From NCBI GenBank assembly GCA_051532055.1, contig JAOPTX010000016.1, forward strand, positions 1-64,000: a stretch of DNA of 64,000 nucleotides, in the 5' to 3' direction. This stretch comes from Fibrobacterales bacterium. GTDB lineage: Bacteria; Fibrobacterota; Fibrobacteria; Fibrobacterales; JAOPTW01. The notes under the pieces were generated by a model. It had not been told where the DNA came from. It did not search any database and saw only the letters and a program-made list of their open reading frames with translations. The position numbers were made by a program, and so were the translations under genes. Each line of letters begins with the position of its first letter. The stretch's first letter is position 1. Below are positions 56,613 to 64,000 of this stretch, piece after piece.

Positions 56613-56860
56613 TGAATACACAAAGCAACTACTTAGACGAATTGGTAACCCATCTTCTCGAAAAAAAGAGTCCCGATGAGTTCAAAAAAGCCCTTAAAGG
56701 GCTCCTTACTCCAGCAGAGCTGAGTGAGATTCCAAAACGTCTCCAAATTTTTAATATGCTTAAGGCCGGAATACCGCAGCGTGAAATCGCAAAAACCCTA
56801 GGAGTCGGAATTGCTACCGTCACAAGAGGATCACGCGAATTAAAATCTGGTAACATTTAA
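56612..56860 (+). CDS. trpR: Trp repressor-family protein
   Basis: LLTPAE...R, PQREIAKTLGVGIATVTRGS recognition helix. Immediately upstream of trpE, with an operator at its own start. Confidence 0.88.
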   Translation: MNTQSNYLDELVTHLLEKKSPDEFKKALKGLLTPAELSEIPKRLQIFNMLKAGIPQREIAKTLGVGIATVTRGSRELKSGNI

Positions 56861-56872
56861 CGTGGAGCTACT

Positions 56873-58261
56873 ATGAAAAAACCACCTATGATTGAACTCC
56901 CTCGTAAGCCTCACTATGTGAAAATGGCAGAGGATATCAATTTCTTCGAACTCTTCAAGAAAATTGAAAAAAAGTTTGAAACCTGCTTTCTCCTAGAATC
57001 ACTCGGTGAGGAAAGTTTTATTTCACGCTACTCACTTATCGGGTTTGACCCAGAGCAGATTCTCTATGCAAAGGGTAAGAGCCTCTTTATTGAAGAGCGT
57101 GATGGCACCACCAAAGAGTACCCTTCAGATAACCCCTATTATTTACTGAGGGATGTCGTACCTCAAAATATCATCTCTAAAAAATATGCCGGTGGACTCA
57201 CAGGGTATATTGGTTATGATAGCATGAGTTACTTTGAGCCTACAATGGACATCCAATCAAGCGAAATGTTTGATGCTTTTAAATTTGGCCTGTATAAAGA
57301 CGGGCTTATTCTCGACAAAATGACCGGTGAACTTATCTATTTCTATTACCATGATAGCCGACTTTCGGATATTGAAGCAATACTCCACGCCCCTTATGAA
57401 GGCAATGGCGACCTTTCAATAAAATATCTCGGCGATACCATGTCAGAAGAAGCTCATAAAAATGCTGTTAACAAAGTAAAACAAGATATTGTTAATGGCC
57501 TTATTTTTCAGTGCGAAGTAGGCTTTAAGTCTCGCTATGAACTCAATGGCGACACCATCAATATTTACGAGCAACTCCGAGAAGTAAACCCTTCTCCACA
57601 GATGTACTATGTAAAATTTGGTGAAGAAAAAGTGATTGGCGCAAGTCCCGAACTCCTCTTTAGGCTCCGCCAAGGAGAAATGGAAACATTCCCATTAGCC
57701 GGCACCGCCAAGCGTGGAGCGAATGTAACAGAAGATACTCAATTTGCTCGGGCGCTCCTCAACGACCCTAAAGAGATCGCTGAACACAACATGATTGTGG
57801 ACCTCCATAGAAATGACATCGGCCGCGTTGCACGATTTGGCACTGTTAAAGTTCGTTCTCTTATGGACATTAAACGGTTCTCTCATGTACAACATATTTC
57901 TAGCGAAATTGTCGGTATTATCTCTGAGAAAGAAGACATGTTCTCGGCTCTTGCGAGTAACTTCCCTGCAGGCACCTTAACTGGCGCCCCGAAAATTGAA
58001 GCTATGAAAATCATTAATGAGCTTGAAGGCGATGGCCGAGGCCCTTATGGCGGTGCCCTAGGGCACTTTGCATTTAATGGCGACTGCACCTTTGCCATAC
58101 CCATTCGAACCGTTTTTGCAAATGGCAACGATGCCTACGTCCAAACCTGTGGTGGCAACGTCTACGATTCAAATGCTGCTGATGAATATGAAGAAATCAA
58201 ACGAAAGCTTGCGGGTACCAAAAAAGTGCTCGACCAATTTATTACCGAAGAGGATGCATAA
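56873..58261 (+). CDS. trpE: Anthranilate synthase component I
   Basis: FLLES, NPSP, GASPE, PLAGT (TrpE-type, not the PabB PIKGT), EHNMIVDLHRNDIGRV, VQHISS, FPAGTLTGAPK, RGPYGG. Confidence 0.92.
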   Translation: MKKPPMIELPRKPHYVKMAEDINFFELFKKIEKKFETCFLLESLGEESFISRYSLIGFDPEQILYAKGKSLFIEERDGTTKEYPSDNPYYLLRDVVPQNIISKKYAGGLTGYIGYDSMSYFEPTMDIQSSEMFDAFKFGLYKDGLILDKMTGELIYFYYHDSRLSDIEAILHAPYEGNGDLSIKYLGDTMSEEAHKNAVNKVKQDIVNGLIFQCEVGFKSRYELNGDTINIYEQLREVNPSPQMYYVKFGEEKVIGASPELLFRLRQGEMETFPLAGTAKRGANVTEDTQFARALLNDPKEIAEHNMIVDLHRNDIGRVARFGTVKVRSLMDIKRFSHVQHISSEIVGIISEKEDMFSALASNFPAGTLTGAPKIEAMKIINELEGDGRGPYGGALGHFAFNGDCTFAIPIRTVFANGNDAYVQTCGGNVYDSNAADEYEEIKRKLAGTKKVLDQFITEEDA

Positions 58262-58927
58262 ATGCGCGTACTAATTATCGATAACTACGACTCCTTTACT
58301 TACAATCTCTATCAGTTTATTGGCGAAATTTTTAAAACTGAACAGAGCAATGGAACCATTGATAGCTTTGATATCACCGTTAAACGGAATGATGAAATAA
58401 CCATCCATGGTATTAAAGAATATGCCCCTGATAGAATCATCGTATCGCCTGGACCTGGTACTCCTGAAGACGAAGCCTACTTTGGCGTGTGTGCAAAAGC
58501 GATTACTGAACTCGGAAAAGATATTCCACTTCTTGGTGTGTGCCTCGGCATGCAAGGCATTGTGCACCTTTTTGGCGGCCGTATTACCCTTGCAGAGCTT
58601 CCTATGCATGGAAAAACAAGTCCAATTACTCACACCGGCACAGGAGTGTTTGCAGACATCCCCAATCAACTTGAGGTGATGCGTTATCACTCACTGATTG
58701 CTGAAGCAAAAAGCTTTCCTGACTGTTTAGAGCTCACCGCTACAGTCGGTTCACTTGCCCTTGATCAGTTTGGTGATATTGATGCAATACGAACAAGTAG
58801 CGACTTTGAAGTAATGGGTGTGAAGCATAAAGAGTACCCCATTTATGGGATTCAGTTTCACCCTGAGTCATTTGCGACTGAAGGCGGGAAAGAGATTATC
58901 AGGAATTTTCTATTTGGTGCTCAATAA
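58262..58927 (+). CDS. trpG: Anthranilate synthase component II (glutamine amidotransferase)
   Basis: IIDNYDSFTYNL, SPGPG, LGVCLG, MHGK, MRYHSL, QFHPES. Confidence 0.93.
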   Translation: MRVLIIDNYDSFTYNLYQFIGEIFKTEQSNGTIDSFDITVKRNDEITIHGIKEYAPDRIIVSPGPGTPEDEAYFGVCAKAITELGKDIPLLGVCLGMQGIVHLFGGRITLAELPMHGKTSPITHTGTGVFADIPNQLEVMRYHSLIAEAKSFPDCLELTATVGSLALDQFGDIDAIRTSSDFEVMGVKHKEYPIYGIQFHPESFATEGGKEIIRNFLFGAQ

Positions 58928-58939
58928 TTCTGAATGTTT

Positions 58940-58970
58940 TAAGGGTGAGAATTGTTTCTCACCCTTATTT
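58940..58970. terminator. Strong hairpin terminator after trpG, probably bidirectional
   Basis: TAAGGGTGAGAA-TTGT-TTCTCACCCTTA, a perfect 12-bp stem followed by TTT, between convergent genes. Confidence 0.85.
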
Positions 58971-59014
58971 AAATCGTCTGGTATTTATAAAGCACCATTT
59001 TTGAACTCTTTCTA

Positions 59015-60586
59015 CTACTCAGTAGGCCAAAGAGCAATCTCATCTTTGATAGTACGCGTCAAAATATCATTTAACGTTTCTACTGTAACGTCACTCACAT
59101 CGGCCTCAAGGTGACTCCCTCCAACGCCCGAATGATCTGTGAGAAATATATATTTACCCATTGTCGCCACTGAAATGGATCTGAATAAATATTCAGTTGA
59201 CCGTGAGATACCACTCGCTGCAACCGTTATGATTTTAACCCCTTTTTGAGAAGCTTCTCTGATAGCATCACTATAGGTGTATTGTTCATCTTCATAATAA
59301 TGTGGCGGTGCATCAGCGATAAGAAAATTAAGCCGTACTGCACCTGACTCGCTCCATGAAAATTTTTGGAATGATTCTTTGAGCGCTTGATTGACTGACT
59401 CGGGCGTGTCACCACCCCCACCAGCACTCATAGTTTCAAGATTGGTCTGCACCGTCTGAAGGTCACTACTAAAGTCCCATCCTTTGGTTATAAAATTGTC
59501 TGTACGATCTTTATAAAACATCAAACCAATTCTCAGACCCGCAATTTGTTCCTCTTCAATTTTTGCCGTAATATCAAGGAGCTCCTGTTTGAGATACTCA
59601 AGTTCATCACCCATGCTGCCTGTCACATCAACAGTAAAGACAATATCAATCGCAGGTACACTTACTACTTGTTCTATAGGAAGTGTTACTGTCCAAGTTT
59701 GGTCGTCATCACTCGTCGCTTCAAAAGCGCTAGTGAAGTGTGCATCGTCGACAAAAATAGTAAGTTCAAATTCTTCACTCTGTTGCTCAGAAATAATAGG
59801 GAACAGTGCAACAGTCCCTCCAGCAGTAGTTCGCCCTTGTGACACAACCATATCATTCCAAGAGACATTTACCTGAGCATCGGGGATAGGAGTGCCCAAT
59901 GAATCAGTTACCGTGATGATAATACGTTTTTCAATTTTTAAATTCCACTCTTGATAATGTTCAGGGTATTTATAGATGAATTCACGAAACTCAGGCCAGT
60001 GCGCGTGATCGTACCATTCTGATGCAGTAAGGACTTGTGCCTGAGCCTGTACCTCTTCAATATACACATCATCGGTTATCAAAGGCAAGTCAGTAAACAC
60101 GGCATCAGAACTTTTTGAAATCTCAGTTATACTTTCAACAGTCCCCCCTGAACCTCCTCCCATCTCAGTTTCTGAGGGAGCCATGCTAATGTCACTATCC
60201 ATTTCATCACTCATCCCTGACTCTTCTCTAAAATCATGGTCCCTAATCGGCGACCGAGTGATGAGTGCGCCGCTAGTTGACTCTGTGGTATCTGTTACTG
60301 TTTCAGGGTTTTCTAAAGTAATTTCACCGAAAGCTTCTGCAGTAATTTCAGGGAGTGAACTCGGCAATGTGGTCGATTGTTTTGTTTGCGTAATAACCAC
60401 TGTTAGAGGCGTTATTGGCGTAGCTTCAGATGAAAGATTTGATTCAGAGGAATCTCCCTGATCGGAGGAGCTCTCCACTGAATTATCAGAAACAGGATTG
60501 GCATTATTGTTCTCTGAAAAAATACAGCTATTCATAGTACCTGTTATCATCACCATTAGTGCAAGATTTCGAAGGAATATACTCAT
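59015..60586 (-). CDS. Lipoprotein with a low-complexity S/E/T stalk, carboxypeptidase-regulatory-like domain and VWA domain
   Basis: Cys21 lipobox-like (MNSC); VTDSLGTPIPDAQV; MIDAS motif DVTGSM, GGGGDTPE, IADAPPH. Confidence 0.85.
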   Translation of the reverse strand: MSIFLRNLALMVMITGTMNSCIFSENNNANPVSDNSVESSSDQGDSSESNLSSEATPITPLTVVITQTKQSTTLPSSLPEITAEAFGEITLENPETVTDTTESTSGALITRSPIRDHDFREESGMSDEMDSDISMAPSETEMGGGSGGTVESITEISKSSDAVFTDLPLITDDVYIEEVQAQAQVLTASEWYDHAHWPEFREFIYKYPEHYQEWNLKIEKRIIITVTDSLGTPIPDAQVNVSWNDMVVSQGRTTAGGTVALFPIISEQQSEEFELTIFVDDAHFTSAFEATSDDDQTWTVTLPIEQVVSVPAIDIVFTVDVTGSMGDELEYLKQELLDITAKIEEEQIAGLRIGLMFYKDRTDNFITKGWDFSSDLQTVQTNLETMSAGGGGDTPESVNQALKESFQKFSWSESGAVRLNFLIADAPPHYYEDEQYTYSDAIREASQKGVKIITVAASGISRSTEYLFRSISVATMGKYIFLTDHSGVGGSHLEADVSDVTVETLNDILTRTIKDEIALWPTE

Positions 60587-60825
60587 GATCAGTACCTACT
60601 TAAGTGTTCTATAATTTAAAAATAGATTAATAGCATGTGCCCTCATGGCAATGTACCCCTCGAAAGATTAAAGTGCTCCCTTTTTGTGAGCGGTACACAG
60701 TCATTTTTAGGTAATTTAAGCAACACATTTACATTAACCAGCTTTTACCCCTCTTAAACAACCTTATCCAACAGTCAAACCTAGCAAATTAACTAACTTT
60801 CGAATACATTCAACCCTATTGAGAT

Positions 60826-61455
60826 ATGCCCAAAACGATACTTTTTGATTTTGATGGAACCATTGCCGACTCACTGCGGGCAACCATTGTCGTGTATAAT
60901 AGGATCGCTCCACATTACAACGCACGCCCAATTCAAGAGAAGCATATTGAGACCTTTAAAAGTGATCGAATACAACGGTTTTTCAAATACCTCAATTTGA
61001 AATATTATAAGCTTCCCTTTATGGTCATTAAAGGTCGCTCTGAATTCAGGAAAGATATGGGCCTCGTTACAGAGCAACCCGGCGTTTGTGATGTCATTAG
61101 ACAGCTCAAGATTGAGGGCCATACTCTTGGTATCCTAACCTCTAATTCAAAAGAAAATGTCAGCGATATGTTGAATAAATACGGAATTGCTGATTGCTTT
61201 TCATTTTTAAAAAATAGCAAGCACATGTTTGGCAAATCCAAATACATTAAACAAGTTATTAAATCAGAGAAGACCACCGCAGACCAAGTCTACTTTGTTG
61301 CAGATGAAACACGAGATATTGAAGCCGCTCATAAAGCGAAAATCAACATGGTGGCAGTCACCTGGGGTTTTCAAAACAGAAGAGCCTTTAAAAAGCTCTC
61401 ACCAGAGTACATAGTTGACACTCCTGATGAGCTCTACAGCGTACTCAAGAGTTAG
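60826..61455 (+). CDS. HAD family hydrolase (phosphoglycolate phosphatase-like)
   Basis: FDFDGTIADS, ILTSN, GK, ADETRDI, VTWGF. Confidence 0.92.
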   Translation: MPKTILFDFDGTIADSLRATIVVYNRIAPHYNARPIQEKHIETFKSDRIQRFFKYLNLKYYKLPFMVIKGRSEFRKDMGLVTEQPGVCDVIRQLKIEGHTLGILTSNSKENVSDMLNKYGIADCFSFLKNSKHMFGKSKYIKQVIKSEKTTADQVYFVADETRDIEAAHKAKINMVAVTWGFQNRRAFKKLSPEYIVDTPDELYSVLKS

Positions 61456-61524
61456 ATTGCGTTATAGACACAATTTTTCTATCTTTACTCACAATACAAG
61501 ACAGCGAACAACCCGGATTATACC

Positions 61525-62472
61525 ATGAAAGCAAAAATATTCGTCGACGGACAAGCAGGAACAACAGGCTTAGAAATTCATGAGCGCCTTGCCCTGCGTA
61601 CAGACATCGAACTCCTCATCATTGATCCAGAACTCAGAAAAGATATTAACGAGCGAAAAAGGCTTATTAATGCATCTGACATAACTTTTCTCTGCCTTCC
61701 CGATGACGCATCTCGTGAATCTGTTTCACTTTGTGAAAATGATACAACCCGGTTTATTGATGCAAGTACTGCATTCAGAACCGCTGATGACTGGGCCTAT
61801 GGCATTCCAGAGCTTTCACCAGCCCAACGCACTACCATTGCAGATTCAAAACGAGTTTCAAACCCAGGTTGTCATGCGACAGGTTTTATTGTGGGAATTA
61901 AGCCTTTGATTGAGCAAGGAATAATATCACCAAAACACCACTTATCGTGTTATTCAATAACGGGCTATAGCGGTGGTGGCAAACAACTTATTGCAGCCTA
62001 TGAAGCAGCACCTGCAGACGACGAATCAATGAATTGTCCTCGTCATTATGCACTCGGCCTTAATCATAAACATCTTCCTGAGATGAAAACGGTGTGTGGC
62101 CTTGAACACCCACCTATTTTTATGCCAGTACTGGGTCGCTACTACCGTGGTATGACGGTTACTATGGTCATTCCAACAAGTAAACTTGAAAAAAAGTTCT
62201 CAGCACAAGAAGTACACTCGGTATTAGAGGCTCATTATGCTAATGAATACTTTGTACGAGTGCAACCTTTTGGATCAGACACCGGCCTCGATAACGGTAT
62301 ACTTAACGCGACTGCATGTAACAATACCAACAATCTTGATCTCTTTGTCTTTGGTGATGAAAACCAAGTAGTGATTGCGAGTCGTTTTGATAATTTAGGT
62401 AAAGGCGCCTCAGGTGCAGCCGTTCAAAACATGAACATTATGCTTGGTTTTGATGAAAAAATAGGCCTTTAA
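61525..62472 (+). CDS. argC: N-acetyl-gamma-glutamyl-phosphate reductase (type 2)
   Basis: FVDGQAGTTGL, LCLPD, IDASTAFR, SNPGCHATG, GYSGGGK, HKHLPEM, DNLGKGASGAAVQNMN. Confidence 0.96.
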   Translation: MKAKIFVDGQAGTTGLEIHERLALRTDIELLIIDPELRKDINERKRLINASDITFLCLPDDASRESVSLCENDTTRFIDASTAFRTADDWAYGIPELSPAQRTTIADSKRVSNPGCHATGFIVGIKPLIEQGIISPKHHLSCYSITGYSGGGKQLIAAYEAAPADDESMNCPRHYALGLNHKHLPEMKTVCGLEHPPIFMPVLGRYYRGMTVTMVIPTSKLEKKFSAQEVHSVLEAHYANEYFVRVQPFGSDTGLDNGILNATACNNTNNLDLFVFGDENQVVIASRFDNLGKGASGAAVQNMNIMLGFDEKIGL

Positions 62473-62494
62473 AGGTCTTTTTTAGACCTTTTTG
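62471..62494 (+). terminator. Intrinsic terminator after argC
   Basis: AAAGGTCT-TTTTT-AGACCTTT followed by more T residues. Confidence 0.65.
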
Positions 62495-62546
62495 CATTTT
62501 AGTTTAAAAAAGTGGTATTATCGAGTATGTTCTACTCGAGGTTGCT

Positions 62547-62780
62547 ATGCCCAATCCTGATACTCGTATTGAGGAAAATGTACTCGGTCCTTTTTATGTC
62601 GATGGCAGCTGTACTTCTTGTGAAGACTGCATCAACACTGCACCCGAAAACTTTAAGCTCAATGAAAAAGGGACCAATGCATTTGTTCACAAACAACCCG
62701 AAGATGAAGATGAAATTAATCTTTGTCGTGAAGCCATGGAAAACTGCCCTACTGACTCAATTGGTGATGATGGTGATTAA
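62547..62780 (+). CDS. Single-cluster [4Fe-4S] ferredoxin
   Basis: FYVDGSCTSCEDC...APENF...AMENCPTDSIG. GAGG SD. Confidence 0.92.
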   Translation: MPNPDTRIEENVLGPFYVDGSCTSCEDCINTAPENFKLNEKGTNAFVHKQPEDEDEINLCREAMENCPTDSIGDDGD

Positions 62781-62885
62781 CCCAATGCGAGTCTAACACC
62801 ATACAACCTTGCAGTATATTCTCTCTACCAAAGCGCTCCTTTCCATAATTTTTTATACTATAGATACTTAGTGTGAGGGAGATAC

Positions 62886-63719
62886 ATGTCTCAAAAACGA
62901 TCGATTAAAGCAACCTTTAAAGGGGTCGACACCATGGATGGTGCTGGTGTAAAACTCAAGAGAATATTTGGATTCTATGAACGCCCTCAATTTGACCCTT
63001 TTTTATTATTTGATCATTTTGGTTCAGACAATCCCAATGATTATATAGAAGGATTCCCTTGGCATCCTCATCGTGGCATAGAAACCATAACCTACATGCT
63101 GAGTGGTGAAGTACTTCACGAAGATAGTCTCGGCAATAAAGGAACACTCCGTGCGGGAGATATACAATGGATGACTGCAGGAAGTGGCATTGTACACCAA
63201 GAAATGCCACAGCGCGTAGATAATGCACTGGAAGGCTTTCAACTCTGGGCAAATATGCCGGCCAAAAACAAGATGTCACCTCCCCGCTACCAAGATATAC
63301 CAGCCCACTTTGTTCCCGAAGTTTCTATTGATGGCGGAATGGTACGCGTTCTAGCGGGTGAGTATCAAGACGAAATGGGACCGATAACCGGCGTTTCAAT
63401 TCTGCCCTTGTATCTTGACCTTCAGCTTGAACCCAACACCCAATTTACATTATCTAACACACTCGACACCAACTGTATTTATATCTATCGAGGCTCTATC
63501 GAATCCGGAATTCATTCTCTTGAAAAATTCAATGCTGCACTCTTTACCAGAGGAGATTCCTTCACTTTAACGAGTGGCTCAGAAGGAGCAAAGCTTTTGA
63601 TTATCGGTGGAAATCAAATTAATGAAAAAATTGCCTGGCGTGGCCCCATTGTAATGAACAGTGACGATGAACTTATCACTGCATTTAATGAATTGAATAA
63701 TGATACATTTTTAAAATAG
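62886..63719 (+). CDS. Pirin family protein
   Basis: DPFLLFDHF, GFPWHPHRGIETITY, HEDSLGN, QWMTAGSGIVHQE, FQLWANMP, GPIVMN. Confidence 0.96.
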   Translation: MSQKRSIKATFKGVDTMDGAGVKLKRIFGFYERPQFDPFLLFDHFGSDNPNDYIEGFPWHPHRGIETITYMLSGEVLHEDSLGNKGTLRAGDIQWMTAGSGIVHQEMPQRVDNALEGFQLWANMPAKNKMSPPRYQDIPAHFVPEVSIDGGMVRVLAGEYQDEMGPITGVSILPLYLDLQLEPNTQFTLSNTLDTNCIYIYRGSIESGIHSLEKFNAALFTRGDSFTLTSGSEGAKLLIIGGNQINEKIAWRGPIVMNSDDELITAFNELNNDTFLK

Positions 63720-63725
63720 ACTTCT

Positions 63726-64000
63726 TTACTCGACTACCGGAGCAACTGCATTTCTATTAGTAGCGTTAAATACCTGTCTCCAGAAATTTGCCAACTCATC
63801 TTCCTTAAAATAGTTGGGCTGTAGCCCATCATTGAAGGAGAGCGAGAGAACGATATTATGTGACGCCTCCTGAAGTTCAGTATAGACATTCAGAAATTGT
63901 GCCTTAAACTGAACAGTGCAGGTTGCACTATTAATATCACCTTTGCTATTTTGAACGATCACATGATAATCAATGGGAGGTGCATCAACAAAACCATCAC
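63726..64000 (-). CDS. Hypothetical protein, C-terminal part (open to window edge)
   Basis: The frame stays open from the edge (DGFVDAPPIDYHVIVQNSKG...) to the stop at 63726, convergent with pirin. Confidence 0.55.
   Translation of the reverse strand, partial: DGFVDAPPIDYHVIVQNSKGDINSATCTVQFKAQFLNVYTELQEASHNIVLSLSFNDGLQPNYFKEDELANFWRQVFNATNRNAVAPVVE

Noticed and set aside
62512..62796. 94-aa ORF overlapping the ferredoxin gene
   Set aside because: It is an alternative frame of a well-supported ferredoxin that has its own SD.
1..64000. Many short antisense or alternative-frame ORFs in the track; CRISPR arrays; IS or prophage genes; Chi-like octamers
   Set aside because: The short ORFs are shadows of well-supported genes and show no motifs. 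No repeat-spacer array, transposase or phage gene was seen. Chi over-representation cannot be assessed by eye and needs genome-wide k-mer skew statistics.

Overview
Bacterial chromosomal window, AT-rich and mostly core genes. Most genes lie on the minus strand. I saw no mobile elements, CRISPR array or rRNA. The lineage cannot be fixed from sequence alone; a PorU-type sortase suggests an FCB-group organism, possibly Fibrobacterota-like (inference). Contents in order: infC (partial), thrS, tRNA-Val(GAC), mdh-sucDC, a porU/sppA/mltD block, a stand-alone dnaA, hemE, prmA, a polyprenyl synthase, scpA, glmS, a lipoprotein/ECF sigma/anti-sigma/secreted caspase operon, dsbD plus a hybrid kinase, glgM-glgE, a WYL regulator, glpK, a second ECF module, sbcB, ssb, recCBD, trpR-trpE-trpG, argC, ferredoxin and pirin. 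The top finding is a palindrome TGACA-N5-TGTCA upstream of the WYL regulator, ssb and recCBD. At ssb and recC it lies 11-12 nt before an identical TATATT -10 element, which suggests a WYL-controlled DNA-break repair regulon. The second is an ECF sigma/anti-sigma pair coupled to a signal-peptide-bearing caspase with a barrel-like C-terminus, which suggests caspase-driven trans-envelope signalling. Also notable: a near-consensus TrpR operator, a GlgE apparently lacking domain S, a tail-less SSB and several leaderless-type promoters. All family calls are motif recognition by eye, not database hits.
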